Source: Macrostomum lignano (Eukaryota). Taken from it: a stretch of 64,000 nucleotides of DNA. The notes below the pieces were generated by a model. That model ran no database searches and was not told where the DNA came from. It saw only the letters and a list, made by a program, of their open reading frames with translations. Shown piece by piece: positions 61,782 to 64,000 of the stretch. The stretch is taken from positions 248,001 to 312,000 of the forward strand of contig NIVC01000862.1 in assembly GCA_002269645.1 (NCBI GenBank), given 5' to 3'. How positions within the stretch are numbered: position 1 is the stretch's first letter; each line of letters begins with the position of its first letter. The position numbers were made by a program, and so were the translations under genes.

Positions 61782-63465
61782 TTAGCTGTGCCATTCTCGG
61801 AAGCAACCGGGAACGCACAGTCCGGGCTCACCTGGGCATTGCTCACACACGAAGATTGTCCACCTAGTCCTGCCATTCTGGTAGCAGACTCGGCAGCGCC
61901 GCGTGGGCCGCTGGTCTCCAGGCGTTGCGGGCAGCTTACCGGGCAGGTGCGCAGCTCCGCCAACGTCGGGCACCTGGCGAACGCAGCGCTTTTTCCCAGG
62001 TCCTGAGCTGTCAATCAGCGCGACGAACAAATTCACACAATGGTGGTACACAATCCAGTTGTGCGCCAGCTGCAGCAGAAAGTGGATGCCCAGCTTCTGA
62101 TGCCAGCGGTACATTTTCCTGTTCGGATGGTAGGGCTGAAGTGCAGAGTCCAGTCTATCGACCCCTCCCATACACTTTAAATAGTCCATGACGGAAACCG
62201 GCTTGCTGACGACGTCCACCTGACCACCTCGACGAATTCTCTGTCGCTGGACACTGCCTGCTGTACCGAACGAGTCGATGAGGTACAGCGTCTTCACACC
62301 ACTGGCTTTGCGTTCCGTAACCTTGATAGCCGCCAGTACATCGCCAAATCGCATGCAGCGATGCCATGGAGCTGGCATCCGCATCTGCTGGAGCTCAGGT
62401 GGAGTTCCACGATTGCAGCGAATTGTGCTCCAAGTCACCAAGGTGTTGTGCTCCAGCAGAAACTTTGCAAGGCGGTGTGAGCAAAAATAGCTGTCAATAG
62501 AAATTTGGTAGCCGAGATTGAACAAGTTCTTTGACAACTCGACCACAATTCGCTCGCTGATGGAGAGATGGTTTGCAGCCATGTCGGTCCCGAATTTGAT
62601 GTTTTCGTCTGTTGTGGAATGCACCAGATTATTCCAAAGGTAGCCGGTCTTTGAATCGCATAGGCAGTAGGTTTTTATGCCGTACCTGGCCCGTTTGGTC
62701 GGGATATGTTGCTTGAAAGCCAGTCTGCCTTTGTGCTGGACCAGCTCTTCATCCACGGCCAGGTCTTTATCGGGCATAAACTTTCTTTGGCAGATCTGCT
62801 GAACGTAACTCAAAAATGGCCGGATTTTGCGCAATGGGTCAGCTGCATCAGCTGTGCGGCAATCGTAAAACCGAAAAAACGACAGAATCTGCTGGAAAGA
62901 TTGCGAGATAAGCAGCTCTCACTTTGAAAATATTGATTGTCGTGAAACTTGCTGGTAGCCCAATAGCTCTGGATTTCGGGCTTTTTCACTATTCCCATGT
63001 AAAAAATGATGGCTATAACTTGATCTCGTTGGCAGAGCAGTCCTTCCAGTCGGAAAGAACCGGAGGCAATCGCTGATTTCCTTCTTCCTGATCTTCTTCA
63101 AGTATTCTCTGCTCCTCCCATGCTCGAGCATTGGTAAACTCAACCAATAGGTTGATCGCCTCATCGGGTAGAAACTGGCCAAAGTAATCAAGCGGGCTAT
63201 CGCCTGGAACTCCTGGCTCCAGATGCACTCTAGGAACACCAAGTAACTCCGGCAACAGTCCAGCTCTCTCGTCGGTGGTTTCGTCAACTACCATCCAAGC
63301 CTCATTCTGAACAGTTTCGCCCGCCTCTTCGAGTACTTCGTCAGGAAATTCTTCACTTGATAAGAAATCGTCCGAGTCAAAGACTCGTCGCTGGTAAGCA
63401 GCTGATCCATCAGTCACTTTGTTTGGTTGCAAAACAATCCAGGAGAAATGCTTACTGTACTGCAC
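61782..63465 (-). pseudogene. piggyBac transposase (DDE_Tnp_1_7/PGBD-like), at least two frameshifts
   Basis: SPLDYFGQF, WKDCSANEIK, MGIVKKPEIQSYW, LAVDEEL, KRARYGIK, IDSYF, MGGVDRLD and a C-terminal Cys-rich domain CRVC...CEQC...LC...CF..WH; frames change near 63015 and 62900. Confidence 0.88.
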
Positions 63466-63496
63466 AGACTTGTTTATCTTAAAAGGAAGGGACTGG

Positions 63497-63639
63497 CCAT
63501 AGACAATTAATGAAAAAGCCCCAGTATAGACGTACAGTGAAGCTTTTATCTACAGATACTCTGCATAGTTAGGTTAAGTTCTTTATCGGATTTTGGGGGA
63601 GTGTAGCAGACCCGCTCATTTAGGCCCAGTTGTCTATGG
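63497..63639. mobile_element. 143-bp MITE with CCATAGACAA/TTGTCTATGG termini
   Basis: 10-bp perfect TIR; same family as 12712-12775 and 9939-10087. Confidence 0.6.
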
Positions 63640-64000
63640 TCAGCGCTGCTGTCTATTCGGAGTTTAGCTCAGTGCACACAAAATAAAGGCATAGAAGAAG
63701 TTAAATAAAATAAGTAGAATTGATTATTTAGACCGTAGAGCCTTTGTGCGAAATTTCAAAATGATTTAGTTGAGTTGGTTGAAAAATATCACTATCTTAT
63801 TTTCTTCATAAGATGTGTTTCCATAAGCTATAAATATAAAGGAATGAAAAATAACAATTTAGGAGATAAATAGTTAAAATAAAAGCAATTGCCCTTTACC
63901 CCTCCCCAGGCCTACCATTTCGGCCCAAAAAGGATGGGTAACAATAGCATAAGCCAAGGCAATAACACTAAGATCATTCAATAATGATGTAAATAAAGAC

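Larger units (their letters stand above)
60347..63465 (-). mobile_element. piggyBac DNA transposon, one terminus visible
   Basis: TTAA|CCCCTAGAAAACC at 60343-60359; transposase remnant 61782-63465; no matching GGG|TTAA end found before 64000. Confidence 0.75.

Overview
Eukaryotic (animal, invertebrate-type) genomic DNA with GT-AG introns and a very high repeat content. GC-rich exons and minisatellite-filled introns are reminiscent of a free-living flatworm such as Macrostomum, but that is inference only. I can reconstruct five host genes by hand: two tandem SLC23/NAT nucleobase-type transporters on the minus strand (6 exons each, 10265-15410 and 18728-22402), AP-3 delta adaptin (3 exons, 40963-46149), an ankyrin-repeat DHHC palmitoyltransferase (4 exons, 50011-54472), and the 5' part of an NR1J/HR96-like nuclear receptor (3 exons, 56525-59023; rest not in window). 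The remainder is mobile DNA and tandem repeats: a three-layer nest (RTE-like LINE > Harbinger-like MITE > young gag-protease-only LTR element), a CMC/EnSpm-like element carrying a DUF4806-like gene, a long-TIR foldback element with a MULE-like MITE, a non-autonomous Helitron carrying two satellites, hAT and LINE remnants, several MITEs, and a frameshifted piggyBac with a 102-bp subterminal array. No rRNA, intact tRNA or CRISPR array was found. The best leads for something undescribed are a putative retroposon that sits only inside (TATC)n microsatellites and ends in a GAAA-capped hairpin, the gag-pro-only LTR element, and a 247-bp gene-conversion tract between the transporter paralogues. All alignments and counts were done by eye; no database searches were run.
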